The position numbers and the translations under genes were made by a program. The notes below the pieces were generated by a model. The model made no database searches, was not told the DNA's origin, and saw only the letters and a program-made list of their open reading frames with translations. From NCBI RefSeq assembly GCF_963921235.1, contig NC_086097.1, positions 74,526,001-74,590,000 on the forward strand: a stretch of DNA of 64,000 bases, in the 5' to 3' direction. Positions 24,353 through 38,059 of this stretch are shown here, piece by piece. The stretch's first letter is position 1. Each line of letters starts with the position of its first letter. The stretch comes from Mobula hypostoma. Its lineage: Eukaryota.

Positions 24353-27300
24353 TCTGAGCTCTTTCCACTGTTTCTGTAACACCATTATGGGATGTTAATT
24401 GCTTGGTTAAAGAAATCAGTTTGAATGATTCCTGAATAAACAAACAATGGTTGTATAGTCTAGACAAGCTCAAGTAATTAATTTATTGCCCATTTCAAGT
24501 TTGGAGAAGGCCTTTGATATTGGTGTGCACTTTTCCTGCAGATTTGATATTGCATTAAAACAGTACAATCCAGGTCCTATCAGTACAGAAACAGCCTTGA
24601 TTTTAATTAAATAACACATTCCTGCTTCAAATCACAGTAGTAATAAATTAGTTAGGAAAATAAATTATGACTATCACTGCTTCAACGTAAAACTCAAAAT
24701 AAAACTCACCAACTTTGTTAATCTATTTTTTGAGATATGGCCATCACTGCCAAAGCTATCATTTATTGGCTAGCCTTGTAAAAACCTATTTCAACTTTAT
24801 TTTCAATTTAATGGACGAATGCAAATAACTCCTATGCACTGTTTAGGCTATAAATTAATATAAGCAAATTCAAATCTACCTTCTCAGTTTGTTAGTTTAA
24901 TTACCTGTCTGATGCTAAAGCCAATGTTGTTTGTGTTTCACCGAGACTGAAATCTATGTCCCATAAATTGCTTAGGTCCAGTCAAGTTTGCAAAAATTTA
25001 ACTCAGAAATATAGATTGCCTAGTAACTGCAGTCAAGTGTAGCTAGGAAAACTGGGCTTGAATTAGCTTTCTGCTGACACTATCATTTTATTTTCCACTA
25101 GGGGATGCATTTTGCCAATATGAATAAACTTTCTTTAACAGGAAAACTGTGCAACTCTTCAAGCCCAGTTTCTTGTCGGTCAGCCAAGGAGTCATAGAGG
25201 CATTTGAAGAAATGGTCTTTATCTTAATTGTATAATCTTTGTTGAGATAGAGGACAGGTATAGACTGTATGAGCAATGGAACTAAAAAGATATATAACAA
25301 ATTCAACACTCTCCAAAATAGTTGCTGTATTATAAACTCCGCCATAAATAAACTTTAAGTATACTGACAAAGTTATCTGAATAAACAAAAAAATTCCACG
25401 ATGTCATGGTATAATATTAGAACAGAGGGTTTAATTGACAGCTAAAAAAGGCATACTGATGTGAGCTAACATTGCAATTTTATTGTAATGCGTGTTGGAT
25501 GCAACTATCTGCAAATTCTCAGCAGCTGCTATTTGTCATCACCTGTGAATATGAGGGTCCTGGTTGATTTACTTTAACAGGCTTTGTTTACATTCTAGCT
25601 TCTTTGAAATCACAATGATTTTTTGACTCTTTAATAGTTTATAACACAGGTGTTAATCAGTACAGTGACCATCTGTCTGGTCCATTATTGTGCAAGTAAA
25701 GTAGCTTCAGAATAAAATTTTAATCATTTAACATAAAGAAGCATGCACTGTGGGTATGTATGGCTATTTTTAATGGTATTTTCAACATTTCTCTATCATA
25801 CTTCTGACAAAATGCTGAAAATTTAAAGAGGAAATCAGCAAAAAAAATGTTATTGATGTGTGATTTGTTAGGTCTGATAATAATGGGAGATAATAAAAAC
25901 TGCTTCAAAGATCACATCATTTTTTTAAAACCAAGAACCAGCAATGAGAAGGAGACAACTGGGTTGCTTAAACTATAAATCAGTGGCGTGGGAAACATGG
26001 TTTAATTCTGATAATATTATTTCTGCAGAATATGTACCAAAACATTAACTATGAGGCTCAAGTTTTGTTGCTTTTTCTCAGAGACTTACTGATAATTTTT
26101 CATCTATACAAGCATAGGGATTAGCAATGGTTAAAATGTGAAGGCTTGAATATTGGCCTGATATTAAGAAACAGCCAAATACACAAAAAGTAGCGTGAGA
26201 AGCAAACCTTTGAGTTTGCAACATTGAGTGATAATTATGACACAATATTTGTTGAGTTAGTCATATTTTCTCAGATTTGACATATATATTACGGCCCTTA
26301 TCTGGATCTGTAATATATGCAGTGTTTCAATATCTTCCATGCCTGTGTTGGAAATATTGTCATAAGTATAAAAGTTACCTCGTTGTGACAATCTGAGTTT
26401 CTCTAAGAGCCTGCTTGTCCATGTCCCTGGATACGAAGTGTGTAAAGTCAACACAATGGCCTTTAGTGAAGCTGTTTGCCAGCACCTATATTTCCACTGG
26501 GTATTTCAAACACAATTTTTTTCTTATATTTAACACTCTGCTCTTAAAGGATGAAGGAATAATCTAATTATTCTGCTCAATATGTTTAGTTTCTGACCTT
26601 ATCCAAATTTGGATGAATAATCATAGCTCCTCTGCCTCTGGAGACAAAAGGAAGGACATACTCAAATGTGGAGTATGGCAGATGAAATAACCTTAAAATA
26701 TTCAGTACCTCCAGCATTGTAGGCATTCTAGAAACTGAATTACAACCCATAGATTGTTAATTCTGTCTCAAGCTCTCTATTTTCACTGGAGGGATAATCA
26801 GTTAATCAAATCTTACAATACCTCAACTGCCCATCTGATAAACATTAAAGGGGGGAAAACAGTTGTTTATTATATTTGGGACTTTATCAAAGATTTCAGA
26901 TCTGTGGTTTATGCATCTGAGGTGATGACAGCATTGTTGGCACTTTAACAAACCATCACATTGACTTATAGTTGGCACATGAGTTTTAATAGCTAATCTC
27001 TAAAGTGGTTTAAGGCTTTTAAGAGAAACTTACTATGACAAATGGGTGTGTTATAATATTTTAATCAATTTATTGTTTCTTAGTCAGGTTACTCTGATTT
27101 CATACATAATTATGTATAGTTCAGTATAATGATAACTGCAATGGTACCATTTTGAAAACTGATCAGATTCTGAGCCTCATAAACCAATCCAGTAAAGTGA
27201 AACAAAATGAAGAACAGCTGACCAAGTCATTACCAAACTGCTATATAATTTTTTGCACATGATTTCCTTGATGCTCTGATCAGCAGAGTAACTAGCCTTT

Positions 27301-28389
27301 AGAACCATTTAAAATAACTGCCAAACTTCTGATAAAGCTTAGAAAGAATTACTGCAATTAGCAAAGAGTACTAATGCATGAAAATAAATCTGGCCTTATG
27401 CTGTAAAATGCTTACCATCCTCACCAATCCAACCCCCCCCCAACACCCCCACCAACTACTCACACCTGTTTCCCAGTTGAAAGCCTTATCATACAAGTGT
27501 TCTCACTATAGTACTGTTATGCTAACCAGAATTAGAGCATAATATTGTAAGAAATAATTATAGAAAACAAATAGTGAGCACTTCAAATTCATCATCTTGC
27601 CTACTCACTGAGTAGAATCCCTTCTATATTTCACTGTTTAAATTTATGTGACTTTAAGATTTGGATTTGTCTAGCTATGTTTTTTGCTAACTCACTTGGT
27701 TTGGCACTTTCCTAATGGTCCTTGACAACAGCATTACTATATTTAATCACAGGTTAGTGGATATTTTCATATGCAAATATAAGCATAATGACTTCAAATT
27801 TCCATCTTGCTAATTGTCATATGATTTCATTCCAAAGTCTGCCAAACATTTTCTTCCATTATTAACTATATTCATACCACAAATCACGATTAGAAGAGAA
27901 TTATTTTGTAATTAAAACCTGACCTGATAGAAAGCATTGAATATATTTTGTGTTTGTATGAGTGATTAACTGTTCATGTAAATAAGCTTATACCAGATAA
28001 AATCAGCACATTGCCTTCTTTTCATTCTTTTCTCTTCCATTGCATTTCTTCTACTTTTCCTGCCATTTTTGTTCCCTCTTCCTTCCTGACCCACTGATTA
28101 TCTCTTTGCTACAGTTCTGTTCACCCACAGAACTACAGACATAAGAGTGAATATTGGTAGATTGGTGGCTGGTGGGGGGGGGAAAATTGCTATTATTTTC
28201 AATTATTCATTTGCATTGCAAATTTTAACCTCTCAAAACTAAATGTTAAATGGCAGTGATGATATTATTTTCAACTGTAATATTGTTTGGAAGCATTGGG
28301 TACCAATAGGTTTCACAGTGAATTTTGCTAAGAAACTCTAAATGACATTTTGATATTCAATACAATATTCAAATTTACAATTAGCAAAA

Positions 28390-29150
28390 GAATCATAAGA
28401 TCAAAGACAATGAACATGAATACAGGATGCCATTTGGCTCATTTTTCCACTCGGGTCAAAAAATAAAGAAGAACCCAGCTTCAATCCTTTTTCCAGCATA
28501 TCGTTTAGAATCCTGCCAGTTATCACTCTTCAGCTGCAAGAAGTTTCTGCAATGAGTTCAGGATGAAACAAGGTATCCTCATTTCCCCTTTAATCCTTTT
28601 ATCAATTACTTTAAATACTTCGTTTTAATCTCCATAGACCCCCCTTAATTTTAAACACTTCAGTTTGTCCCCCACCCTCATCTCCTCTGTTCCAAAGAAA
28701 GCACCTGCCTCCTATTCAACTTATCCTAATAGCTAGAATTTCCCACTCCTGACAAATATTCCTTGTTCCCTCACCTTATCTGCAATGTGGTACATTGAAA
28801 TGCATGCATTTAGAAAAGTCTTTCAGTTCATATATACTCAGATAATGAAGTATAGCTCTTTCTCTGCATTTTAATCCATTTCATCAATGTGTTCTCTCTG
28901 ATGGAATCAATGTACATGCACCCCAAGTCAACTTTTTTCTTCTAAAATACTCAACATCCTCCCATTTATTGTATATTCTTTTTCCTTGCAGCGTCTCTCC
29001 AAATGCAATGTATGGACTTCTCCCGATTGAATTCCATTTGCTATTTCATTGTGTAGCTCTTCAGACCTTCAATATCTTCCCGTCATCAAAATCTTTCCAC
29101 CACACTTCCAACCCCTTGGCCTATTTCTGTGGAATCTAAAAGCAATCAAT
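28390..29150 (-). mobile_element. Highly decayed CR1 3' fragment
   Basis: Patchy nucleotide resemblance to the other minus-strand CR1 3' ends (e.g. CTCCTCTGTTCCAAAGAAA, TTGAATTCCATTTGC). Confidence 0.5.
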
Positions 29151-29269
29151 TAATTATAAACACAAGACAGGAATACCCGCTGATGTTCCTGTGTTTGTAG
29201 AAACAGAGATTTGTGACTTTGTGCTAAGTTCTGAATAAGAGACTAACCTACATTTATAGTCCCATAGAA

Positions 29270-30150
29270 TCTCTTAATCATAGAGTCATACAGCATGGAA
29301 ACATGCCCTTTGTACAATGTCTACATGAGGATCAGCTGGATCACATGAAGGTGCCCCTTCCAAGCTAATCCCATTTGCTTGCATGTGGGACCATAACCTT
29401 CAAACCCATTCTTATCCACTTAGCAGTCCAATTGTTTTTTAAAAGTTGTTGTTGTATCTGCCTCAGCTACTTCGCCGGGCAGCTGATTCCATATACATAC
29501 TACTCACTGTGTGAAAAAGTTGTCTCTTAAATTCCTATTAAATCTTTCTCCTCTCACCTTAGGCTTATATTGTATGTTTATTGATTCCCTATCCCTGGGA
29601 AAGTGACTGATTGATTACCTTGAGATATTCACCCTATCTACATCCCTCATGATTTTATACGCCTCTATAAGATTGCTTCAGTTATCTACATTCCAAGGAA
29701 TAAGTCCTGGCCTGTCTCGTCTTTCCCTATAACTCTGACCCTCAAGTCCTGGCAAACCTTTTCTGTATTCTTTCCAGTTTAATAACATCTTTCTTATAGC
29801 AGGGCAAACAAAACTGAATAAAATAATCCGGATGCAACCTCACCAGTATCCTGTACAACCAAATCATGACCTCCCAACTTTTACACTGATGGAGGCCAGT
29901 GTGCCAAAAGTCTTCTTCACCACAGCACTTCAACTCTAAGGTCTCTCTATTCTGCAACACTCTTCAGGGCTCTAACATACACTGCGAAACTCCCAAATGG
30001 TTTTACTTTCTAAAAAATGCAACAGATCTCAATTATCTGGATAAATTCCATTCGCGATTCTTTGGCCCACTTATCGATGAAGATTCCACTGTAATTTTTA
30101 TAGCCTTCTTCACTGTCCACTATAACACCTATTTTAGTATCATTTCTTAG
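29270..30150 (-). mobile_element. CR1 3' fragment
   Basis: ORF 29742..29960 has LYRILVRLHPDYFIQFCLPCYKKDVIKLERIQKRF. The tail is near CATAGAGTCATACAGCATGG. Confidence 0.85.
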
Positions 30151-30375
30151 TGTCATTTCACTGCAAACCTCAAAGCAGACAGCATACATGAGTTAACCCT
30201 GAAGGATCTACTTCTGAATGAATAAAAATACATAATGTACTCAAAGCATTAACAACCATAAAACAATCCTTGGCCAATGTTTTATTTCAGGCTCATCAAC
30301 TTTATGTTTTTTTACTTCAAGCTTACTTGTCAAAATCTGCTGATAGTATGAGAGTACAAATGATTTGATTATTTA

Positions 30376-31983
30376 CAGCGGTGCTGGAAAGTTTAAACCC
30401 TGTAGAATTTTCTTTATTTCTGTATAAACATAACCTAAAATGTGATCAGATCTTCACGTAAGTTCTAAAACTAGATAAAGAGAACCCAACTGAATAAATA
30501 GCACGAAAAGCATTATACATGTTCATTTATTTATTAAAAAAATGATTCAATATTACATGTATTTGTTGGAAAATATATGTGAACCTTTGCTTTCAGTAAC
30601 TGGTGTGACCCCCCATATACAGAAGTAACTTCAACCAAATGTTTCTGGTAACTGTTGATCAGTCCTGCACATCAGCTTGAAGGAATTTTAGGTCATTACT
30701 CCTTACAAAACTGCTTCAACTCAGGGATGTTGATGGGCTTCCTTGCATGAACTGTTTGCTTCAAGTCCTTCCACGACATTTCCATAGGATTACGGTCAGG
30801 ACTTTGACTCAGCCCTTACAAAACACAAATTTTCGTCTTTTTAAACCATTCTGTTGTTGATTTACGCTTGTCTTTCGGATCATTGTCTGGTCGCATTATC
30901 CATCTTCTATTAAGCTTCAGGTGACATACTGCTAACCTGACATTCTCCTGTAAAACCTCTTGATAAAATTTTGAATTCATTCTTCCATCAGTGATTGCAA
31001 GCTCTTCGGGCCCTGAGGCAGCAAAGCAGCCCCAAGACATGATGCTCCTTCCACCATGCTCCACGGTTGGGACAAGGTTTTGGTGTTGGTGTGTAGTGCC
31101 CTTTTTCCTCCAAACATAGTAATGTGCATTCCTGTCAAAAAGTTCAACTTCTGTCTCATCTGTCCGCAGAACATTATCCCAGAAGTGTTGCAGAACATCT
31201 AGGAGGTCTTTTGCAAACTTGAGATGTGCAGCAATGTTTTCTGGAGAATCATGGTTTCTTCCATGGTGTCCTTCCATGAACAATTCTTGTTCAGTGTTTT
31301 TCTTACAGCATACACATGAACAGAGAATTTAGGAAATTCTGGCGATTTCTGCAGGTCTTTTGCTGTTACCCTTGGGTTCTTTTTCACCTCCTTCAACATT
31401 GCACGTTGTGTTCTTGGTGTGATCTTTGTAGGATGCACACTCCTGGGAAGAGTATCAATAGTACTGAGTTTTCTTCATTTGTAGACAAATTCTCTCACTG
31501 TGCACTGATGAACACTCTGCTCCTAAGAAATGCTTTTGTAACCTTTTCCAACCTTCTACAATTCTTCTTGTAAGGTCCTCTGAAAGTTGTTTTGATCGAG
31601 GAATGCTGCACATAAACAGAACTTTCATGAGATGAGTAGGCTCTGTCAGTACCTGACTTTGTTAGTCTTTTTTTTACAGGGTAGGGCACTTCTACAACCC
31701 ACACCTCCAATCTCATCTCATTGACTGGAACACCTGACTCCAAATAGTTTTTTTAGAAGGCATTACCCCAGAGGTTCATGTACTTTTTCCAACAAATACA
31801 TGTAATATTGGATCATTTTTCTCAATAAATAAATGAACAAGTATAATGTTTTCTGTATTATTTATTTAATTGGTTTCTGTTCATCTAGTTTTAGGACACG
31901 TGATGATATGATCACATTTTAGGTCATATATATGCAGAAATAGAGAAAATTCTACAGGGTTCACAAACTTTCTAGCACTACTG
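30376..31983 (-). mobile_element. Full-length decayed Tc1-family transposon (long TIR type), frameshifted transposase
   Basis: TA flanks at 30374-75 and 31984-85; ~210-bp imperfect TIRs. ORFs 31199..31438 (PTKITPR..KKNPRVTAKDL) and 30816..31283 (VLRTDET, HGGRSIMSWGCF, DNDPKD). Confidence 0.95.
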
Positions 31984-33226
31984 TACATACATTTGCAAGA
32001 CAGAAACTGGAAACCAGTAAAAAGAATGTCACGGGCCAAGTGATTCATGAGAATTTTAAATCAAACCATTAGTCAATATCAATCATTCTAAATAGAATAT
32101 TTTAAAATGTCAAATGGCTGAAGTGCATTCTTGTGAAACTATAGTGCTAGCAATGTAATAGAATGCTGTGTCAGGTAACTGGTCAAGCACTAAGAATTTT
32201 TTCCAAATTTATCTGTATGCCATATATCAAACATTACATATTGATTATAAGCAATTGGAAAGATAGCAATACCAAGCAGTAACTATCCTAATGAAAGAAG
32301 TAGTACCTAAGAACAGTGCCATTTAACATCTGAGTGAGATTTAAACCAATTTCCAATTTCCTACTTCATCTATGTAAAACAATTTTTTATTGCATCTAGA
32401 GAGAGTAAATGTTCCTGTGTATGTTAAAGTTTCTCCCTATTGAAATTTACTATACTGAGCTATACATGTTAGGAATTGAAAATCAAAACTATTTTTTTTT
32501 GTCCTATATAGAGACATTTTTAAAAAATAGTTCTAAGCAATTCAGTATAACAGCTGTAGGAAATGAATTGCAGAAGCATTGTTTCAAAGAACAATTCCAT
32601 GAAAAAGAATATATATGGTGCACACAATTTTTTTGGCATTGCATTATTTGTTTTTTGCATATAAAAGAATTTGGAAAACAAAAAGACATAAACAAGAGTT
32701 CCATCTATTAAGTTTATTTTCTTCTGCACTTAATTTATAATGTGGGAAAAGTCAATAATCTTAAAAAAAATCCAGATGATGGCAATTTAACCTTTTCTCA
32801 TAATCTACTGATGACGTAAAAATGAATGGGGAAAGTTTACTTGTTTTTAAATTTAAATGTCATTATTATTTATTATGATATGTTTTATGTCACATATTTG
32901 GAATTTGTACAAATCATTTCCTTACAGTTATGTAAAATTTATATTAAAAATAGTCTTCAATCAAATAAGAAAATCTAAGTTTAGCATTATTTCACCAAAT
33001 ATTTTTCTTTTAAAAGAACATTAAGTTGCCATTCTAGTTAAAGTAATTTCAGCCTCATACTTTAATACTTAATTTAAACTATTGAAATTTCTAGTAGAAC
33101 TGGTTTATTTGGAAAGAGTCATACATGCCTAAGTAGAAATCTGTCACTTTTCAAAAAATAATAGCTTTATAATTTTCAATGCACTTGGAAATACATATTT
33201 CAATCATACTTGAATCGAAAACCAAA

Positions 33227-34075
33227 GGCACCACGGTAGCAGTGGTTGGGGCAACACTATTACAGCTTGGGGTGTCGGAGTTTGGAGTTCAATCCTGACA
33301 TCCTCTGTAAGGAGTTTGTATGTCCTCCCCATAGTCTGTGTGGGTTTTGTCTGAATGCTCTGGTTTCCTCCACAGTCCAAAAACCTGCCGGTTCAAAGCT
33401 CTTCAAACTTCAAAGTAATTTTATTATCGAAGTACATATATGTTACTATATTAAACACAGAGGTTTGTTTTCTTGTGGGCATACACAGTAAATCCAAGAA
33501 ACACAATAGAATCAATGAAAAACTTCACCTAAGAGGATGGACAAACAACCGACGTGCAAAAGACAACAAACTGCAAATATGAAATAGGAAAAATAGCAAT
33601 AAATATCGAGAACATGATAGTAGCAAACCTTGAATGGTTGTGGGAACAGTTCAGTAATGGGATGAGTGAAGCTGTGTGAAGTTATCCCCTCTGGTTCAAG
33701 AGCCTGATGGTAATAACTGTTCCTGAACCTGATGGTGTGGGTCCTGATGCTCCAGTATATTTTCCCTCATAGCAGAGTGAGAAGCGAGCATAGTCTGGGT
33801 GGTGGGGGGTCCTTGATAATGGATGTTGCTTTCCTGTGATAGTGCTCCTTGTAGATGTGCTCAGTGGTGGGGAGGACTTTATCAGTGATGAATTGGATTG
33901 TATCTCTCTGATGCCACACTTTTTGTAGGGCTTTCCATTCAAGGGCATTGGTGTTAATTGGTTATTGTAAATTGTCCCAGTATTAGGCTAAATTTAAATC
34001 GGGAGTTGCTAGGTGGTACAACTCAAAGGACAAGAAGGGCCTATTCCAAATTGTATCTCTAAAGAAATAAATATT
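33227..34075 (+). mobile_element. tRNA-headed V-SINE-like element split by a Rex1/Babar insertion (SINE parts ~33227-33392 and ~33955-34075)
   Basis: A-box-like GGTAGCAGTGG and B-box GGAGTTCAATCC; V-domain-like GGAGTTTGTATGTCCTCCCC..GGTTTCCTCCACAGTCCAAA; resumes with AATTGGTTATTGTAAATTGTCCC; A-rich tail. Confidence 0.7.
33393..33954 (-). mobile_element. Rex1/Babar LINE 3' fragment
   Basis: Minus-strand frames give KATSIIKDP.HHPDYARFSL and TIRLLN, the Rex-type C-terminus, followed by a 3' UTR with a (TTTGAA)-like tail. Confidence 0.75.
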
Positions 34076-35134
34076 ATTAACTAATTATGTTTAACTTGCT
34101 GTGTATCTAATACTTAAGACTGTTTCGAATGGGAATCCTTCTGCTCTTTTATATTCTTTGACTAGTGAGTTGCGGGAAGTCTGATCTTATAATGTCACAG
34201 CAAGGTAACCTGAATTGTCAATGAGGTATCTCTTAAGTATTTGAAAGATAGGAAAATTAACAGTTCTAGGAATGAAGATGAGCTGTAATAGATGAAATTA
34301 GATGCAGCTTGTTAAATCAGGCACAGAAAGAGAAATAAGAAAGGGAAATATTGGAACGCAATATCCATAAGGAACAATACATATTTAATTTATTTCTATA
34401 TGTAAAATCTTAAGGAAAGAATGCTTGCATTAGTAAAAGCTAATTTCTAATGTAGAAACATTATATTTCAACAAATATCACATCATATAGTAAAAGTTGG
34501 CATTCATACCTCAAGAAGAGGGATTTATACGATCAGAATTATAGAGTCATGGAACTCAACTGCACAGAGACAAGCCCTTTGGCCCATCTAGTCCATGCTG
34601 AATTATTAATCTGCCTTGTCCCATTGACACACGGCGGACAGTAGCTCTCTATACTCCTCACATCTGTGTGCCTACCCAAATTTCTTTTAAATGTTGAAAT
34701 CAAAATTGCAGCCACCACTCCTGCTGGCAGCTTGTTCAACACTCTAACCACCAAAAGTGTGAAGAAATTCCCCCTCATGCTCCCCTTAAACATTTCACCT
34801 TTCACCCTTAACCCATGACATCTAGTTCTAGTCTCACCCAACCTCATTTGAAAAAAGCTTGCTTGCATTTATCCTGTCTATAGTACTCATAATTTTGTAT
34901 ACCTCTATCAAATCTCTCCTCATTCTTCTATGCTATAGCAAATAAAGTCCTAACCTATTCAACCTTTCCCTATACCTCAAGTCCTGGCAACATCTCTGTA
35001 AATCTTCTCTGCACTCTTTCAATCTTATTGACATCTTTCCTGTCAGTAGGTGACAAAAACTGCACACAATATTCCTAATCAGGCCTCACCAATATCTTGC
35101 ACAACTTCAACATAACATCTCAACCTTTGTACTC

Positions 35135-35705
35135 TTAGGCCTTCCATTTGTCGGGGTCAACCATGGATGTTGTGTCCTAGCTGTCTACATAATATGCAAG
35201 CCAGCACAGTATGCCAGGGAGAGCAAGATATTGCCCATGTAGCAGGCTCCCCTTCTCCATGCAGCTGATGAATCCAAAGGAACAGTATGGCACAAGTGGT
35301 GTCACAGGAGCTGCTGGTCAGTATTGACCTCAACGTAGGACTGCCTTAAAGACTCCAGCTCTGAATTTTTCCCCAGAGTTTACTTCTGAAGACTTCCCCA
35401 AGAGTAGGTATAGTCGCAAGGATGGTGATGTTTGAGATCAGAGTTCTCCTTCTCCAAGATGAACTGCCAACCATACTGATGAGCCCCCTGTCCGAAGCAA
35501 CTAGTTTTAGCATCAGTAGCCCATCTTTGCCCCTTTTCTCATTGGTAGAAATAGTTCCAACGGGCTTAGTAGCTAAGCCATACATAAAAGTCGGGAGCCG
35601 AACTTGGTTGTCACAGGTTATTAGAGTTGCACACCAGTGGGAGCATTTAGTAGGTACTGAGAGCTTATCCCCACCATTTCCACCAACTATGACAACCTTA
35701 AGGAA
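35135..35705. mobile_element. ~570-bp non-coding insertion within the CR1, probably an RTE-derived non-autonomous element
   Basis: Interrupts CR1 homology between ...CTTTGTACTC and TATGAAGG...; the family assignment rests only on recalled resemblance to RTE UTRs. Confidence 0.45.
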
Positions 35706-37748
35706 TGTATGAAGGACAAAAGCTTTCTTTACAAGCCTATCTACCTGTTATGTAACTTCCAAGAAATTATGGATCTGTATTCCTAGAAACTTTTGTTCTA
35801 CTGCACTCCTCAGTGCCCTACTGTTCACCTTGTAAGTCCTACCCTGGTTTGTCCTCTCTAAGTGCAATACCTCACACTAGGCTGCATTAAATTCCATATG
35901 CCATTTTTCAGCCCATTTTTCCAGTTAGTCCAGATCCCATTCAAGCTTTAATCATCTTCCTCGCTGTCTACTACACCCCTAATCTTGGTGTTATCTGCAA
36001 ACTTGCTGATCCAGTTTACCACATTATCATCCGGATCATTGATATAAATGACAAACAACAACAGATATATGCAACGATCTCTGCAGCACACCACTAGTCA
36101 CAGGCCTCCAGTCAGAGAAGCAACCATCTCCTACCACTCCTTGGATTCTCCCAGTGAAGTCAATTTCTAATCTAGTTTACTACCTTATCTTGAATGCCAA
36201 GTCTTCTTAGATTACTTTCTTGATTGGTCTCCCATGTGGAATCTTATCAAAGGCCTTGCTGAAGACTATGAAGGCAAAATCCACTTCCTTGCCTTCATCA
36301 ACTTTCCTGGTAACTTACTTGAAAAACTGCATAAGATTGGTTAGATGTGACCTATTGTGCACAAAGCCATTTTGACTATCCCTAATCAGTCCCTGCCTTT
36401 CCAAACACTTATATTATTGGGTCCATTAGAATACCTTCCAATAACTTACCCACACCTGAAGTCAGACTCACTGGCCTATTATTTCCTGGCTTATTCTTAG
36501 AGACTTTCTTAAACAATGGATCCTCCAACCAACAGCCATCCTCCAATTCTCTGGCACCTCACTTATTGCTAAGTATGCTTTAAATATGTCTGCTAGGCCA
36601 GCTGAAATTTCTGCCTTAGCCTCCCACAGGGTCCAAGGTAACACATCGTCAGGCTCTGGAGATTTGTCCACCCTAACTTTCCTCAAGACAGCAAACTCTT
36701 CCTCCTCTGTAATCTAGATACAGTCCATGACCTCACAGCTGTTTTGCCTCACTTCTATAGACACTGTGTGCATCTCCCAAGTAAATACTGATGAAAAAAA
36801 ATTAACTTATCATTTCCCCCATCTCTTTTGGCTCCATGCATAGATGACCACTCAGATCTTCCAGAGGACCAAATTTGTCCCTTGCTATCATTTTACTCTT
36901 AATATATCGTAGAAGCCTAGGGATTCTCCTTCACCTTGTCTGCTAGAGCAGCCTCATGTCTTCATTTAGCCCTCCCTTTCATTCAAACTCTGTATGCTCA
37001 AACTTATGCTTTTGCAGTCTTCCCACTCATCAAGTATACCTTTGCTAGAAAACAACCTGTCCCAATGCACACTTTCCAGATCCTTTCTGATACCATCAAA
37101 ATTAGCCTTTCTCCAATTTAAAATCTCAACCTGAGGACCAGATCTATCCTTCCCCATAATTATACTGAAACTAATGGCATTATGATCGCTAGATCCAAAG
37201 TGATCCCCTACACAAACTTCTATCATCAGTCCTCTCTCATTCCCTAATAAGAGAACTAGTATCATTCTCTGTCTGGCTGGAACCCATTCAGTACTGTTTA
37301 GGCAAACATTCCTGAATACATTTGACAAACACTATTGCATCCAGTCCTTTTACAGCTTAGGAGTCCCAACTTCATGTTTCTTGCAGCATTTGCGATTTCT
37401 CTATAAATTTGCTCCTTTAGATCCTATGAACTGTTGGATGGGCTATAATATAATCCTACAAATGAAGTCATAACTTTCCTATTCCTGATTTCTACCTATA
37501 AAGCCTCACTAGATGAGCTCTCCAGTCTGTCCTGACTGGGAGACATTTTCCCTGACTAGTAAAGCCACCCCTCCCGCTTTAATCCCTCCACTCTATCACA
37601 TCTAAATCAATAGAACCCCAGAATATTGAGCTGCCAGTCCTGCCCCCCGCCCCCCGCAACCAAACCTCACTAATGGTTACAATGTCGTAAGTCCACATGC
37701 TGGCCCATACCCTAAACTCATCTGCCTTTCCTACAATACTCCTTGAAT

Positions 37749-38059
37749 TAGTCATAGTCATACTTTATTGATCCCCAGGGAAACTGGTTTTCGTTACAGT
37801 TGTACCATAAATAATAAACAGTAATAGAAACATAAATAGTTAAGTAGTAATATGTAAATTATGCTAGTAACTTATGAAATGAGTCCAGGACCAGCCTATT
37901 GGCTCAGGATGTCTGACCCTCCAAGGGAGGAGTTGTAAAGTTTGATGGCCATAGGCAGGAATGACTTCCTATGACGCTCTGTGTTGCACCTCGGTGGAAT
38001 GAGTCTCTGGCTGAATGTACTCCTGTGCCCACCCAGTACATTATGTAGTGGATGGGATG
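37749..38059 (-). mobile_element. Rex1/Babar 3' fragment nested in the CR1
   Basis: SSHPLHNVLGGHRSTFSQRLIPPRCNTERHRKSFLPMAIKLYNSS, then a 3' UTR ending AATAAAG(TATGAC)2. Confidence 0.8.

Noticed and set aside
30590..31620. Functional or domesticated Tc1 transposase
   Set aside because: Split across several frames with stops.
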